NCBI GenBank assembly: GCA_964016885.1
Contig: OZ024742.1
Location: 9,424,001 to 9,488,000 of the forward strand
Source of the DNA: Eledone cirrhosa
Taxonomy: Eukaryota
Direction of reading: 5' to 3'
Length of the DNA stretch: 64,000 bases
Position 1 is the stretch's first letter; every line of letters starts with the position of its first letter. A program made the position numbers and the translations under genes. The notes under the pieces are model-generated. The model was not told the DNA's origin and made no database searches. It saw only the letters and a list, made by a program, of their open reading frames with translations. This document shows positions 1 to 15,644 of this stretch, piece by piece.

Positions 1-35
1 AAAAGAATTAAGTATTGGAATCGATATAATCGATT

Positions 36-237
36 TACGGGAGCCAACTGAAATGTTCATACGTTGATAAAGATACTCTCATGGAATGACCAAATGAAGT
101 GTATTTTTTAACATAGACCTTAGTAAGAAACAATGTAGTTATTAATAAGAAGAGTTGAAATTAATGCATGTAAGATTTCATAGCACTAGCATCACTTATT
201 CATAGTCAACCTCTGAAATTTTTACACCACCCTTGTA
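36..237. mobile_element. degenerate mariner-type MITE
   Basis: Imperfect TIRs (tacgggagccaactgaaatgttca / tgaaatttttacaccacccttgta) bounded by TA; internal sequence (aagatactctcatgga..gaccaaatga) shared with 6926-7145. Confidence 0.45.
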
Positions 238-1594
238 CACTTCCTTCCCAAATTGTTGACCTTTTGCCAACATTAGAAACCATAGATATATAAACAGTTG
301 TCTGTTACAGGCTTCTTTAAAAGACAATGAGTCTACCTCAATGTGGCTGCTCCATCTGCAAGAAATTGCAGTCAAGTAAGGAATATATAGAATACATTGG
401 ATTAGGGAACCCGGAGTAATCTATGTCCGAAAATATAATAACAAAATATGGGTTGACTGTGGCTGGAATCATTCGGCAATAAATAAGCTGAATACCTGAT
501 CAAGGGCTCATCAACAACAACAACGATTAGAACAATTAGTCAATCAAGAAAGTCTTTGTAGGTACTTATTTGGGTAGAAATAGCAGCCAAACCTCACTCA
601 AATCCTTACTGCCAATAATTTCAAAAATATATTGGATAATGAAATCGTTGCTATGCAAAAGGAAAGTGATTGTCATGGTTTGAACGACTTTAACACTATA
701 TTTGCTCGATCAGAATTGACCAGGGTAATCAGCGACAACATAAATGTGTAGAATTTGTGTTGCTTGTTCTTCAAATGTTTATTTCAAGCACAAACCTGCT
801 CAAGTAGAGCTATAATCAATGGTATTCTAGACGTAACAAAACCGTCTTAGATGTCTACCTCTATTCTAATCAATAATAAAACTTATCTCACACCACACGA
901 TAACCTCTTTAAAAGAGTATTGTGTAAGTTAAGTTAGATTGTGTTGTTACTTTATAGAAAACAAAATATTCAACACATGTTGCCACGTTTCCACGACTCT
1001 GTTTTTGATCATATAGTACATACTGTGTTGTATTATACTCATAATTCTGTTGTTGTTGTTGCCATTGTTGCAAGTAAAAAGAAACATAACTTATGAAATG
1101 ATTATGTTATTACATCTGTATTTGAAGTATTATTTGTCAAACACACTTCTTTATATTAATCGTGGATATTGTCGTGGATATTGTGGCGAACAAATCTACT
1201 GGATTTTCTTTTTATGTTTGAACAATGTTGTGATTATGTCTGGCTGAGTGAAAATATATGCACGTGCCTGTGTGAGTGCGTGTTTAACTGTACATGCGTT
1301 TGTTTATACTGTCTGCATTCATCAGTGCGGCAGACGTCTGTGTTAAGAAAGAATTGATTTTGTTTGTCATCACGTTTCCCACTTGTTTATTTCATCAAAG
1401 TCTCTTTGTTTTTCTCGTAGAAAATGTTTTCCTCGTTAATGATATTGGTTCTGTCGTGACGATGTTTTTTCGATGCTGGAAGTACGGTCAAATAGGTGCA
1501 TATAGCAACACATTTAATGAACTTACGGTTCAGGTTTAATTCATTGTCTGAAGTATTTCACTTATTCTACTAACACCGTTCTATCACTGTTACA

Positions 1595-1725
1595 GAGGCC
1601 TTCCGAGTTATTTTTACAGGGCTTAGAAAAACTGAAGAGCCGCTGCAATAAATGTGTGAATCATAATTAACTGACCCTCCTGTATTTTCTTTTACTCAAA
1701 GTCAGGAACTTTTCAGCACCCCCTC
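1595..1725 (+). mobile_element. mariner transposon 3' relic
   Basis: Translates FLQGLEKLKSRCNKCV, similar to mariner transposase C-termini, followed by TIR-like aacttttcagcacccc. Confidence 0.45.
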
Positions 1726-2189
1726 TCTATCATGCATATCAACAATTTATGGTTTATCTAATTGTACAAAATAACAACCAAACCACCCACAAATTACACC
1801 ATACCATCAGATAAGGACTGAAACTTCAGCATCTGCAGAACTCACTCAAATGAAAGCTTCAGTGGCTCATATTTGATAAAAAGGCTTTGAATCACTTCGT
1901 ATATTAAATAGACCTGCAGTTGTGGGTATAGCATGGGTCGAGGATGTGTGGGCTTGGCATCTGGGGTATTATAAGGTTACGAAAAATCTCAGTAAGTAGG
2001 ATGTACTGTTAAAGAGGGTCATATGCAGCAATAAATGATAATCACTCTTGGTAGTATCAACGACGCCAAATTGTACAAAATATTCCTGCTGAATGTTATA
2101 AAGAACATCTAGAATTACTTCACCATTTATAGCTACAAAGAGATAAATGTTACCTCAAGTTTTAACGAGGCTATCGAAGATATGATTGT

Positions 2190-2405
2190 TTCTACACTTG
2201 ACATGAAGTCAGCAATTTGAAGGGGAGGGGAAAGTCGATTAAATTTACCTCAGTGTGTTAAGGGTCCTTTGTTATATCCACCGTGTATGGATGAAAGGAA
2301 AAGGTAACATTGGATCGATTTGAACTCAGAATGTAAAAGGATGTAACTGTGTGCAGTAAAACTTATTGTCCGACGCTCTTCCGATTCTACAAATCCACTG
2401 CACCT
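2190..2405 (-). mobile_element. degenerate tRNA-type SINE
   Basis: ggatgaaaggaaaaggtaac..gatttgaactcaga is the reverse complement of the SINE core at 2480-2648. Confidence 0.45.
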
Positions 2406-2479
2406 CCTAACGAAGAAACAATGAAAGGAATTATCTCCTTATTCTTCAAACAATGGCGGCATTTTACCTAACATTCTTA

Positions 2480-2648
2480 GGTATTCGGACGCCATGCTTT
2501 GACGCATAGAGTTACGGCCCTTGCCATTCTGAGTTCAAAGCCCGCCGAGGTTAACTTTGCCTTTCATCCTTACGGGGTCGATAAAATAAAGTACCAGTAA
2601 TACACTGGGTAATTGCTGGCCTTGTGCCTAACGTAGAAACAATTATTT
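2480..2648 (+). mobile_element. tRNA-derived SINE (cephalopod-type)
   Basis: B-box-like gagttcaaa followed by ccgccgaggttaactttgcctttcatccttacggggtcgataaaataaagtaccagt; at least 6 copies in the window. Confidence 0.75.
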
Positions 2649-2763
2649 TCAGCTATTGATTGAATTTAAAGTTAATTTCTACGTTTGGGATTCCTACATA
2701 TTCAAATATGCATACATACATACATACATACATACATACATACATACATACATACATACATAC

Positions 2764-3372
2764 ATGGTGGCTGCCAACTCGTTTTCGAGTATGGCCACTA
2801 CTTTATATCCATGTAGAAGAACCCCTACCGATGCGCTGAACGAGTGTGACTTTTTAGTCCAGCCAGCGACTTGAAAACTCTGGTACAAACACTGCACTTG
2901 TGACAATTATTGACACATAGTGCTGGGCCCATGGTACCATGTGACGACAAGTGCAGAGAGATCCGCAGATATAAAGCAATGCCTGTGCCGTGTAGCTTTT
3001 ATAGTGAGCAAAGGCACTGCACAAAGCCAGTCCCACTCTCTTAACCAAGATGATATTTACCAAAAAGAAGAACAAGTCAACAACATTGGATACCATCAGA
3101 GTTGCAGGTGTCATATCAGAGTTTTCCTTCGCCTAGAATTCTGCCTTGACAAAGGCTAAGGGGTCATCTCTCCCGGTGATTTTGGATGGCCATTGACTCT
3201 TAAGAGCTCCTTTGCCCTTTAACAGGTTTTGTTTTTAGTCCTGCAGGATGTCCAAAGTCACCCTCCTCACCAAGAAACCTTCGTGGGGTTGCCAGTTTAG
3301 TCGCCAACGACCCGACCATGAGACAGGTTGTACTGGGATACATGTTACCAGTAGCACCAACTGGTGACCTGA
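2764..3372 (-). mobile_element. short non-autonomous RTE-derived retroposon, copy 1
   Basis: RTE-type 5'UTR motif (ctaggcgaaggaaaactctgat), C2H2 remnant CSVCTRVFKSLAGLKSHTRSAH, 3' hairpin gtggccatactcgaaaacgagttggcagccac and (TATG)n tail; copies at 26026-26581 and 50790-51201. Confidence 0.7.
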
Positions 3373-3593
3373 CATAAATATAAATACATAGATACATACA
3401 TACCTATATACATATATATATATATATACATATATATATACATACCTATATACATATATATATATATATACATATATATATATGTAAAGACGCATTTCGG
3501 TAATGAATGGCCATGGGATTTGCACCTAGAAAATTGTATCTATTGACCTTAAAATCGTGAGCCGAACAGCCTAACCAAGAAGCCAAGCGCCTT

Positions 3594-3957
<364 letters not shown>

Positions 3958-4562
3958 CAATTACTCGTACTATACACCCATACATGTATAACCACGCACA
4001 CACACATATATTCACATTCTCTGTGGAGTTTGTAAGAAGAATTCGACAAAATTAGAAGAATATTATTGTAGAAGAAAAGGAGAATTACTTTCCATTACTT
4101 TTGGTGAATAATTATTGAGGGAAGCTAACATTTACCATAATTGATTTGATGCCGATCGAATATAATGGGACAGGAATGAACACTTGTTTGCTAAATGAAG
4201 GCAACAAATTTTCACATTCTTTGACAGGTAGGTAGATTTGGCATTTATGGTCTGGGCTTGATTGCATCGCTGATGCTGCTTTAATCTATGAAATATTAGT
4301 GTATTGTGCTATTGTCATTGTAAGAATATTAGCAAACACTCGCTATTCCCTTCACCTCCACTTAACTGACACTTTGATTATGTAACATGTGGTAACAGTG
4401 CACAAACATCCCGTATAGATACATAGCTACAACATACTGATATACACACTACATACACACATTCATAGATACACGCATACATAAATATATACATACATAT
4501 ATTCATACTTACATATATAAATACATACATATTCATATATATACAAACCTACTTACATACGT

Positions 4563-5022
<460 letters not shown>

Positions 5023-5119
5023 ATATATATATATATGTACATGATAGTTATAATTGTGGAGTAGTTACGTTATGAAATTAGCGAAGGCAATATATTAAAG
5101 ATACAAGAAATGACCACAG

Positions 5120-5302
5120 ACACATATATAGATATATACATATATATAGACATATATACATATATAGACCATACACACATATATAGACATATATCCATAT
5201 ATAGACCATACACACATATATAGACATATATACATATATGGACTATACACACATATATAGACATATATACGTATATGGACCATACACACATATATAGACA
5301 TA
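5120..5302. repeat. ~36-bp minisatellite
   Basis: Repeated gaccatacacacatatatagacatatatac. Confidence 0.8.
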
Positions 5303-5584
5303 TTGCTTCTATGCACTGTACAACAATCGAATTGCAATACGAGACGAAAGCTTAGTAATAATTGTCTTGATGAGGAAAGAAAATTAGATTTATACTCTGA
5401 AATTTTATCACCAATAAAGCTGGTAGTAATGTAATGACTAACAAAACTTGTGGTTAAACGTCTCTGCTGCGTTGTGTGCACACAGTAATATATTTAATAT
5501 AATAGATGGCTGTTGGTGGATTATTGCTCCTAACTATACAATATTATACAAAATGCCTTTCAGCTTTTATTGTCGACAAAATAT

Positions 5585-5895
5585 TTTCAAGTTCAAATCT
5601 CATTGGTTTAAACGTTGCAAGAATTATTTGGGAGTTTGTGGTTTGATGTTGCTGCTAATGTTGTTGTCCAAGTTCAAATCCCATTGGTTCAAATCTTGTA
5701 TTTGGTGTTGCTGTTATTATTGTTGTGTACGTTTAAATCCCGGTGGTTTGCATGACATATTGCATGACGTATTTCCGAGTCAGTGGTTTGTTGTTGTTGT
5801 TATTGCTGTTGTCCAGGTTCAAATCCCACTGGTTTTAACCCTTCATGACATATTTGGGAGTTAGTGGTTTGTTGGTATTGTTATTGTTGTTGTTT
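5585..5895. repeat. degenerate ~65-80-bp tandem repeat
   Basis: Recurrent gttcaaatccca(t/c)tggttt and atttgggagtt. Confidence 0.65.
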
Positions 5896-6080
5896 AATTC
5901 CAAGTCGACTCTGACCACATAATCCTATGATTGCTGTTAATGATACTAAAGAAACTGCATACGATTCTATCATGTTGATGCAGTATTTCTAATATCTCAT
6001 TTATAATGCACAATGTAAACTTAAATCTAATTTATTACAAATATTTGCACTTAATGGGAAACTATTTTAATACAAGTATA

Positions 6081-6123
<43 letters not shown>

Positions 6124-6132
6124 GTATATTAT

Positions 6133-6530
6133 ATATGTATAGTATATTTGTCAATATACCGTATGTTTAATTAAAAACATTTAGAAGACCATACGCTATC
6201 AATTTCAAAGTAGTGACTATGTCACTTACTTCTTTTCGGCGAAAGAAGGGAGGGAAGCTGACAGTCTGTTTCACACTGGTTGGCGTCCATCAGAGTCACG
6301 CATTCACTGGAATTCTATAAGAATCCAGCTTCTATAATTTTCGGCGGAAGCAGAGGAGTACGTGCCTCTGATGAACGCCAACCTGCGTGAAACAGACTGT
6401 CAGCTTCTCTCCCTTGTTTCACCGAAAAGAAGTAAGTGACATAGTCACTACTTTAAAACTGATAGCATATGGTCTTCTAAATGTGTTGAATTAAACATAC
6501 GGTATATTGCCAAATATACTATACATACAT
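6133..6530. mobile_element. TA-embedded foldback module (PLE pseudo-LTR-like) with an HHR motif in each arm
   Basis: Inverted arms ~6133-6306 and ~6355-6530. Confidence 0.7.
6364..6404 (+). ncRNA. minimal type-I hammerhead ribozyme motif (weak stem I)
   Basis: gcct CTGATGA acgc-caacct-gcgt GAAA cag-a-ctg TC agc. Confidence 0.6.
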
Positions 6531-6589
6531 TCATGTATACATCGCTATTTTCAGAGCACCAATCCTAATACCATGTACATATATATATA

Positions 6590-6652
<63 letters not shown>

Positions 6653-6662
6653 TCTCTGTGTG

Positions 6663-6712
<50 letters not shown>

Positions 6713-6925
6713 GCTGTGATCAAATGCGTGCCTATCTTCTGATTCATTTATCTCCCAGTGTTGCTCTCTTTATATTACCCTGACAATTACTCCAAATAGT
6801 AGCCTGTCCCATTTCACTCCACAAATGATCTGTCATGTCTGATTTCTCTATCTCACACTTTGAGAATCACGGCTCTACAATGTTTCTATAACCTTGATTT
6901 TAAAGGAAGTCTGGCCTCACCCTTA

Positions 6926-7145
6926 AATGAAGGTTGGCTGAAACTTTCTCGGCTGACCAAGATACTCTCATGGACTGACCAAATGAGGTATATTTTTCAA
7001 CATAGTCCGTGTAAAGAAATAATTATAAAAAAAGAATGGAAATTAATGCAAGAAAGATTTCACAGCCTTAGCGTCATTCATTCATATTTAATTGTTTCTA
7101 CTTTTGGCACAATTTAATGCATGAACTTTTCATTCTACCTTCGTA
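6926..7145. mobile_element. mariner-type MITE
   Basis: TIRs tgaaggttggctgaaacttt / aacttttcattctaccttcgta; homologous to 36-237. Confidence 0.6.
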
Positions 7146-7462
7146 TATATTCTATGAAACAGTGTCCTTCGACATGATATCCCCCTATAGAGACTTTACG
7201 ACATACGATAAAGACATCGGCTCGCAAATCTTTTAGATTATTTCTGTGAATGTAAAGCAGACAGATTGGTCAAACAAAGGCCATGGAATATTTCAAAATG
7301 GCGCATCAAAGTTAGGACTGGAGGTAGATGTTGCCGGACAAAATTCGTCATAGAACAACAAAGCTCGATATCACTAAAGAAAAGTACATACACACACACA
7401 CACACTCACACACGCGCGCGGCACACACACACACACACACATATAGAGCAATATATATATAG

Positions 7463-7548
<86 letters not shown>

Positions 7549-7571
7549 TATAATATATATATATAATATAT

Positions 7572-7679
<108 letters not shown>

Positions 7680-7717
7680 GATATATCTACCAAGAGTTTA
7701 CGGTAGTGTCCAATCCG

Positions 7718-7862
7718 TTATTTCTGAAGACGGCATATATATGTGTTTGGTATGTATATTTAATTTTGATAGTTTGTATAATTTTGTATAATTTTGTACA
7801 TAGATCTGTTGAATATGCATGCCAATTCTAACACATATATCCTAGAAACGATCGTTAAATAA
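7718..7862 (+). ncRNA. type-I hammerhead motif with ~115-nt stem II
   Basis: ttattt CTGAAGA [ggcatatatatgtgtt...aacacatatatcc] GAAA cgatcg TT aaataa. Confidence 0.65.
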
Positions 7863-7949
7863 TGAACTTTTTTTGTTTAATATAAGGAACTGTTTCATTG
7901 TTTTATTCATTATTTTTTAAATATTTTATATATATATATATATATATAA

Positions 7950-8018
<69 letters not shown>

Positions 8019-8039
8019 AGAGAGAGAATCGTTGAGTTG

Positions 8040-8141
<102 letters not shown>

Positions 8142-8716
8142 AACTTAACGATTCGGTCAAAAAGTCAAAACTGTTTTCAGATTCTTCTACTTTCAATTGA
8201 CTAAGTATACAGTGCAATTACATTTTACGTCTTTTCGCATCCTATCTTATGATATATATCTATTGAAACAATAGCCGAGAATATAGAAGACATGGCCAGA
8301 TAACTCAGCAATGGAATAAATAAAACCAAATAAACAAGAAGAGAAAACAAAAGAAAGAAAACACTAAAAAAATAGTATAACTAACATAAAACAAAATATA
8401 AAAATATAATATAAACAAGCACGTAATTACATAAGCAAATAATGTGTTTTTTCCTATCTTCCGGATATAGCAATGAAATTACACTAAGAACACAAACAGA
8501 TAGGTAAACAAATATATAAAACACTGCAAACATTTCGAAATAATTTTGTACCAGTGAATACATAAGGCAGAATATATATATATATACGTGTGTCTATATA
8601 TATATACATATATATAAATATACATGCCCAAACTGTTGCCACACACACACACACACACATATATGTATATATATATTATATGTATGTATAATATTCTTTT
8701 TTTCTATATTATATTA

Positions 8717-8748
<32 letters not shown>

Positions 8749-8823
8749 ATACATATATATTATATATAAACTATGTGATATATATTTATTATATATGTGT
8801 ATTAGGATAAAATAATAAATAAC

Positions 8824-9003
8824 TGTTTCTACTTTAGGCACAAGGCCAGCAATTAGCCAGTGCATTACTGGTACTTTATTTTATCGACCCCGTAAGGATG
8901 AAAGGCAAAGTCAACCTCGGCGGGATTTGAACTTAGATCCTAAAGGGACGTAACTATGCTGGAAAGCATGGCGTCCGACCCTCTACCGATACTGCCAATC
9001 CAC
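8824..9003 (-). mobile_element. tRNA-derived SINE
   Basis: Reverse complement of the SINE at 2480-2648. Confidence 0.75.
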
Positions 9004-9479
9004 AATAACATAAGCTTATTTTTGTTGAAAATATATATATATATAATATACTGTATATATAAAATATATATAAATAAAATATATATATATAAAATATATA
9101 TATATATATATATTAAATATATATATATATATATATAAAATATATATATATGAAATATATATATATATATAAAATATATATATATATAAAATATATATAT
9201 ATATATATATAATATATATATATATATAAAATATATATAAATACAATATATATATATTATATATATAAATAAAATATATATAATATATATAAATAATATA
9301 TATATATATATATATAATATATATAAATAATATATATATACAATATAATATATATAAATAATATATATATATAAAATATATATAAATAAAAATATATATA
9401 AATATAATATATATATATAATATATATAAATAAAATCGAGAAACAAATTGTAATAAAGAGAAGATTCTATACGGCGATA

Positions 9480-10563
9480 GGTTTGTGTGTGTGTGTGTGT
9501 GTGTGTGAGTCTGTGTGTGTATGTGTGTGTGTGTGTGTGTGTGTGGGTGTGGGTGTGTGTGCGTGTGAATGAATGTGTGTGAGTGAGTAAGTGTGTTTGA
9601 GTGAGTGTGTGTGTGTGAGTGTGTGTGTGTGTGTGAGTGTGGTGTGCGTGTATGTGTGAGTTTGTGTGTATATATGTGTGTGTTTGTGTTTTTGTGTGTC
9701 TGTGTGTGAGAGTGTGTTGTTTGTGTTTATGTTTGTATGCGAGTGTGGTTTGGTGTGTGAGTGTGTGTGTGTATGTGTGTGTGAGAGAGTGTTGTGTGTG
9801 TGTGTGTGTGAGAGAGTGTTGTGTGTGTGTGTGTGTGTTTGTATGTGAGTGTGGTTTGGTGTGTGAGTTTGTGTCGTGTATGTGTGTTGGTGTTTGTGTG
9901 TGTGAGAGAGTGTGGTGTGTGTGTGTGTGTGTTTGTATGTGAGTGTGGTTTGGTGTGTGAGTTTGTGTGTGTGTATGTGTGTGTTGGTGTTTGTGTGTGT
10001 GAGAGAGTGTGGTGTGTATGTGTGTTTACCTGTGAGTGTGGTTTGGTGTGTGAGTTTGTGTGTGTGTATGTGTGTGTTGGTGTTTGTGTATGTGAGAGAG
10101 TGTGGTGTGTGTGTGTGTGTTTGTATGTGAGTGTGGTTTGGTGTGTGAGTTTGTGTGTGTGTATGTGTGTGTTGGCGTTTGTGTGTGTGAGAGAGTGTGG
10201 TGTGTATGTGTGTTTGTATGTGAGTGTGGTTTGGTGTGTGAGTTTGTGTGTGTGTATGTGTGTGTTGGTGTTTGTCTGTGTGAGAGAGTGTGGTGTGTGT
10301 GTGTGTGTTTGTATGTGAGTGTGGTTTGGTGTGTGAGTTTGTGTGTGTGTATGTGTGTGTTGGTGTTTGTATGTGTGAGTGAGTGTGGTGTGTGTTTGTA
10401 TGTGAGTGTTGTTTGGTGTGTGAGTTTGTGTGTGTGTGTGTTGGTGTTTGTGTGTGTGTGGGGGGGAGAGTGTGTTGTGTGTGTGTGTGTGTGTTTGTAT
10501 GTGAGTGTGGTTTGGTGAGTGAGTTTGTGTGTGTGTGTGTTGGTGTTTGTGTGTGTGTGTGTT
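9480..10563. repeat. (TG)-rich ~76-bp minisatellite
   Basis: Repeated gtatgtgagtgtggtttggtgtgtgagtttgtgtg...gagagagtgtggtgtg. Confidence 0.9.
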
Positions 10564-10624
10564 TGTCCGAATTCCGTTCTATGTTGAAGTTAAACATCGA
10601 AGACGTAGTTATTATAGAGTCAGC

Positions 10625-10795
10625 AGAGATGTTAGAGATATGGTATGGAGATGGAGAGAGGGGGAAGGAGGGGAGGGGGAGAGGAGGGTAGGGAGAGAGA
10701 GAGAAGGAGAGGGAGGGGATGGAGTGATGGAGAGAGAAAGAGGGAGAAGACGGAGAGACGGAGAGATAGGGGAAGAGGGAGAGACGGAGGAATGT

Positions 10796-10880
<85 letters not shown>

Positions 10881-11120
10881 GAGAGATAGAAAGGGACGGA
10901 GAGATGGAGAGAGAAGAAGAAGACGGAGAGACGGAGAAAGAGGGTAGATGGAGGGATGGAGAGAGTTGGAGAAAAAGAAGATGAAGAGATAGAGAGAGAT
11001 GGAGATATGGAGGGAGAGAGAGAAGAGAGATAAGGAAAGAGATGACTAGAGAGTGTGGAGAAAGGAGATGTATTATCTGGAATGAAAGAGACAACAAGGG
11101 AGATAAGAAGGTTATTGATA
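10625..11120. repeat. GA-rich low-complexity region / (GA)n
   Basis: Seen directly. Confidence 0.9.
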
Positions 11121-11215
11121 AAGAAATAATAAGAGAGGGAAACAACATATAAGTATATATAATAAACCATTTGAAAGAATATTTTGGGGCCCAGAACGAC
11201 TGGAATACGGATAGC

Positions 11216-11257
<42 letters not shown>

Positions 11258-11258
<1 letters not shown>

Positions 11259-11449
11259 CGAAGGAAATGTGGTAAGGAACCAGGTGGACCATAACGCACC
11301 AAAGTACTCAATACTTGGGGTAGTAGAGTGGGTAATAGGAACCAGTAAGACCCCGACGGCTGAGCTCAAGCCGTTTCGACGGCTAATTCTGAACAGAATT
11401 AGCCGTCGAAACGGCTTGAGCTCAGCCGTCGGGGTCTTACTGGTTCCTA
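11258..11449 (-). mobile_element. PLE pseudo-LTR tip with terminal foldback (family of 30297-32562)
   Basis: Matches the reverse complement of 32430-32562; perfect ~55-bp inverted repeat centred near 11393; TA-flanked. Confidence 0.8.
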
Positions 11450-11529
11450 TATATATATATATATATATCAAGGTGAACCTAATAAACCTTTATTTGTCTG
11501 CCTCTCTGTTTCGTTCCCGTCCAAATTTG

Positions 11530-11563
<34 letters not shown>

Positions 11564-11602
11564 CCATATATATACACACAAACCTTGCATATATATATAT
11601 AT

Positions 11603-11684
<82 letters not shown>

Positions 11685-12328
11685 GAGAGAGAGAGAGAGA
11701 TAGTGATATGCTGAAATCTATATACATCTATCTATTTATCTCTCTGTCTATGAAGGTATGTATGTGTATGTGTATATATGTGCAAGTGTATGCGTGAGTG
11801 TGCATGTGTGTGAGTGTATGTGTGTGCTGTATATGTGCATGCCAGTTTGTATATGTGTTTGTGTATGCAAAGAGAAAGCTCATATTCTATATTCTAAGTT
11901 AAGTCTGAAGATTTAAAATGTCGCTTTAGTCAAGATTTATTCCAGATTCTAGAAATATTTATCGCTGGATGAGAAGTAATATTTTAAAGAAGCTATAGTT
12001 TTGCCAAATGATGGCAATTCCAGATAGTAAGTATAAGGAAAAGGAAATTATTTTATAACGCCGATTCAATCACCTCTCTTTCCCAGTAAGCTCTTCATTG
12101 GTTTTTCTATTTTTACTGTATATTTTTCTGTATATTTTTCTGTATATTTTCTGTATATTTTCTGTATATTTTCTGTATATTTTCTATATTGTATTTTATG
12201 GTAATATTATGTTTTTGGTATAGCTCTGCCATGGTTACATGTGCTAAGAATAAGTTATGTCGTCTCCACCGCTATCACTCTAAAACGATCATTATCTTGT
12301 GAAAACACAACCCTTTTCTTGCTGCTTT

Positions 12329-12397
<69 letters not shown>

Positions 12398-12421
12398 GTG
12401 TATGTGTGTGTATATATATGC

Positions 12422-12467
<46 letters not shown>

Positions 12468-12534
12468 GTACATACGCATACATGCAAATAAATACACACA
12501 CACACTCAGACACACACACACACGTACAAACAAA

Positions 12535-12603
<69 letters not shown>

Positions 12604-13782
12604 ATACAGGGAGATAAACAGATTGTTGTATAGATAGAGATAGATTGCTTCTTAACAGACGTCAGCCAACACAAACATATAGGGAGAGAGACTGCGTTCC
12701 ACGTACAGATACATACACTATATACACCCATTCGATAATGATGAGTATATAACATACACATTCCTTCACATCTAACACCAAATATGTAAGGGTAGATCTG
12801 TAGATAGGCATACAGAAATATATAGAGACAGAGAGATTCCCAATACAGATATACTCTCGGGTAGCAAATAATAGGGGGTGGGGTGGAATAAGCGTGGGTT
12901 TGAATAAGAAGGGGCATTAGACTGAGTGGATTGGGGGAGATAATGATGGGTGTTGGAGAGATAATGATGGGTGTTGTTGAAACAAGTAGGGAGTTGGAAA
13001 ATCATTCTTTTTTCAAGGTTGTCTCCGTTGATTTTCAAAAACCAGAATTAGTCGTTTAGTTTACACATTGCGACCCCAACACATCCTATTTATTTTATAA
13101 CTGATGGGATTTGTAGTAATGTCCTTTTTGTCATGTACAATGTTCTTTTAATGTATAAAGGAAATTAATTGTCGCAGGAATGCTACCACTTAAAATAAAG
13201 TTTCACCAGGGATAGATTGGCAAAATGTCATTCGGGGGAGATGGGGTAGAATAAGAGCAGTCAGAAAAATCTGAAAAATTAATAAGCGGGGGCAGTGGCG
13301 ATTGTTCAAGACCCGAGAGTATATATAGACACGTAGTCACACATAAAATATACTTCGATAAGGCAATAATTACAGGTATGTCTAGTTGTAAAAAGTGAAA
13401 TGATACGTACTTGAAAGTCAAACACCTCTACCATTACCAAAGGAGAGGGGAACAAAGCCCTAACACGAGGACACGACGTGCAGTGAATCATTCTTCACCT
13501 TCAGCTTTCTCGGTTGGGCCACAGACCCGGGCTCCGCTATCCGTAACACGGAGGTGAGGGAGATAGTCGAACACCGATGTCTGACTGACCGCTTGCTGTT
13601 TGTACCGGTGTCTGTCGAGAGCTCTCGTGTCCTTGGTCACTTCACTGATGATTTTCTCTGTAAAATCGGAAAGAAATCGGCCCGCTTCGGGAGGGAGGCA
13701 TTTGTGGTTGTGTGGCTTACACAACCCGCTATTTTACACAGTTTTATTTAATCAAATTTACGGCGAAATCTTCTAATTCTAT

Positions 13783-13938
<156 letters not shown>

Positions 13939-14346
13939 GGCTACTACTACTGATAATAATAAATACCATTCAACTAGATAATGACTCAGTTAAACAACCT
14001 AAAATTGGTGTTATCAAATAATCATTAGAAGTGCAACGAAGTGTAAACTCCGATGAGAGACTCGCATTCACCTCATCAGTTTCACTTCATGCAAGAATTT
14101 TACAACAAAGAACAGTGAGTATTTTTCCTCCTTTTTTTCCTAGAATCTTTGTTGTCCAGACCAATAAAGAAAAGGAGCCAAAAACAACGCAAAACAGACA
14201 AAACTAAATTGAACTCTACATTTCTTCTGACATAATCACATCAAGTGAAACAAATATTCAACATATCAGATTCTACTTATAAATATATATATACACTTCA
14301 GATATAGTGCATCTCTCATTTATTTCACTAAAAACTATATATATAT

Positions 14347-14732
<386 letters not shown>

Positions 14733-14749
14733 ATATATATATATATATG

Positions 14750-15373
14750 AATTCTGACACCCCAGCAAAATAACCATATTCACTGAACCAGAACAATTCT
14801 CCCATCCCATTTCTCTTGACCATTATCTTTTGCTTGTCATAAAATTCTCTAAAAGGGCTACAGAATAAATTTCCGGATACGGGCGCGAAATTTAATGAAA
14901 ACCAATGAAATTACGTTTATTTAAAAAAAAGCCTTCATGAGCCCCTTTTTTTTAAGAAAAAAGAAATTCAAACACTCACATATGAAAAAACAACCCGAGC
15001 CCCCCCCCCCCCCCCCCCCCCCCCTTGTTTGAAGAACTTTGTAACGCGAACTGGCGCGAAATTTAGTATAATTATTCACAAACCAATCAAATTACTTCTC
15101 TAAAAACCTGGCGTTTCGGGCCACTTTTTTCCATATAAAACAAGTAAGATTCAAAGACCAACCAGATGTGAGAAAAAAACACAGACCCTCCATTTCAACT
15201 CTACTTTTGAAAAGCAGAAGAACTGCGAAACCGGTAAAGGAACCAAATAAATATATATATTTTTAAAATAAGACTGCAGTTGCATTTTCGATTTCATCTT
15301 TTTTTCTTTATACTTTCACTCGTGTAGGACACCTCGGGTTATTTTTCATTTTGTAAAAAAAACCTCACTTTCT
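14750..15373 (+). mobile_element. solo 3' end of the PLE family at 37951-42113
   Basis: Homologous to 41475-42113, including the variant HHR at 15204-15239. Confidence 0.8.
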
Positions 15374-15568
15374 AATATATATATATATATATTTGTATTA
15401 AGGTTGCTTGGATGCTTTTATAGGCGGTATGCGAGTTGAGCACTCTATCCAGAGTCAGGTTCGATCCACAAACAGATCGCAACTTGAGCTGTTCGTTAGA
15501 GAAACAATTGTAATACGTAATAAATTGTGTTCCAATGCATCACTGATTCTTCGTTTTCCATATTATAT

Positions 15569-15622
<54 letters not shown>

Positions 15623-15644
15623 CGTATATATACATATATATATT

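Noticed and set aside
2480-2560. tRNA gene
   Set aside because: Only the degenerate tRNA-derived head of a SINE; no cloverleaf
9480-10563. CRISPR-like regular repeats (also 5120-5302 and 57127-57345)
   Set aside because: No unique spacers, no cas genes, eukaryotic context; these are minisatellites
12680-13490. Possible very old PLE endonuclease remnant on the - strand
   Set aside because: Only faint motif traces; it cannot be supported without a profile search
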